This document shows, one piece after another, positions 62,421-64,000 of a stretch of 64,000 nucleotides of DNA. The notes beneath the pieces are model-generated. The model was not told where the DNA came from, ran no database searches, and saw only the letters and a program-made list of their open reading frames with translations. This DNA comes from the human T2T-CHM13v2.0 reference genome, Homo sapiens, in the NCBI RefSeq assembly GCF_009914755.1, contig NC_060928.1; one strand, written 5' to 3'. The position numbers and the translations under genes are program-made. Within the stretch, counting starts at the first letter, position 1. Each line of letters starts with the position of its first letter.

Positions 62421-62656
62421 TACTCTTTAATCAACAAAGAATGTATTAATGCACTCCAGGTGCTATAGGGCAACATTGAAACTTGGTATATTTAATGTTT
62501 GACATTTACCATTTCTAATGTCCCTTGAAACTGCCTCTTTGACCCATGACTTGTAAGTGTGTTGCTTAACTTCCTAGTGTTCGTACATTTTCCTGTTATT
62601 ATTCTGTTACTGAGTTTTAGATTAATTCCATTGTGGTCAGAAAATACTTTGATTAA

Positions 62657-63940
<1,284 letters not shown>

Positions 63941-64000
63941 ATCCCCACCACCATAAGCCCATTTCCTCATAAGCCAAAGTGATAGGATGGGCAGTGATAG

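Overview
Primate (most likely human) non-coding genomic DNA, AT-rich and dominated by transposable elements: about 30 Alu copies (FLAM/AluJ/AluS/AluY types), old L1M/L2/MIR relics, DNA-transposon MITEs (MER33, MER5, MER47A, MER44, Arthur1-like), MaLR/ERVL LTRs, a MER4-group ERV internal region, and a deleted-type HERV-H provirus (41131-45834) that has lost its 5' LTR but keeps a complete 3' LTR7. No cellular protein-coding gene, tRNA, rRNA or CRISPR array can be supported; nearly all listed ORFs are Alu, microsatellite or retroviral read-outs. I found no evidence of a genuinely new biological system. The most interesting signals are mechanistic fossils: a probable ancient L1 3' transduction of ~1.15 kb, an L1-mobilised MER41 'R-only' retrocopy, a diverged tandem duplication in the HERV-H protease suggesting template switching between two HERV-H types, a 101-bp templated insertion, a cascade of overlapping palindromes, and candidate plus-strand exons of an unidentified transcript. 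Repeat family names come from my recall of consensus sequences and need RepeatMasker/Dfam confirmation; boundaries of old repeats are approximate.
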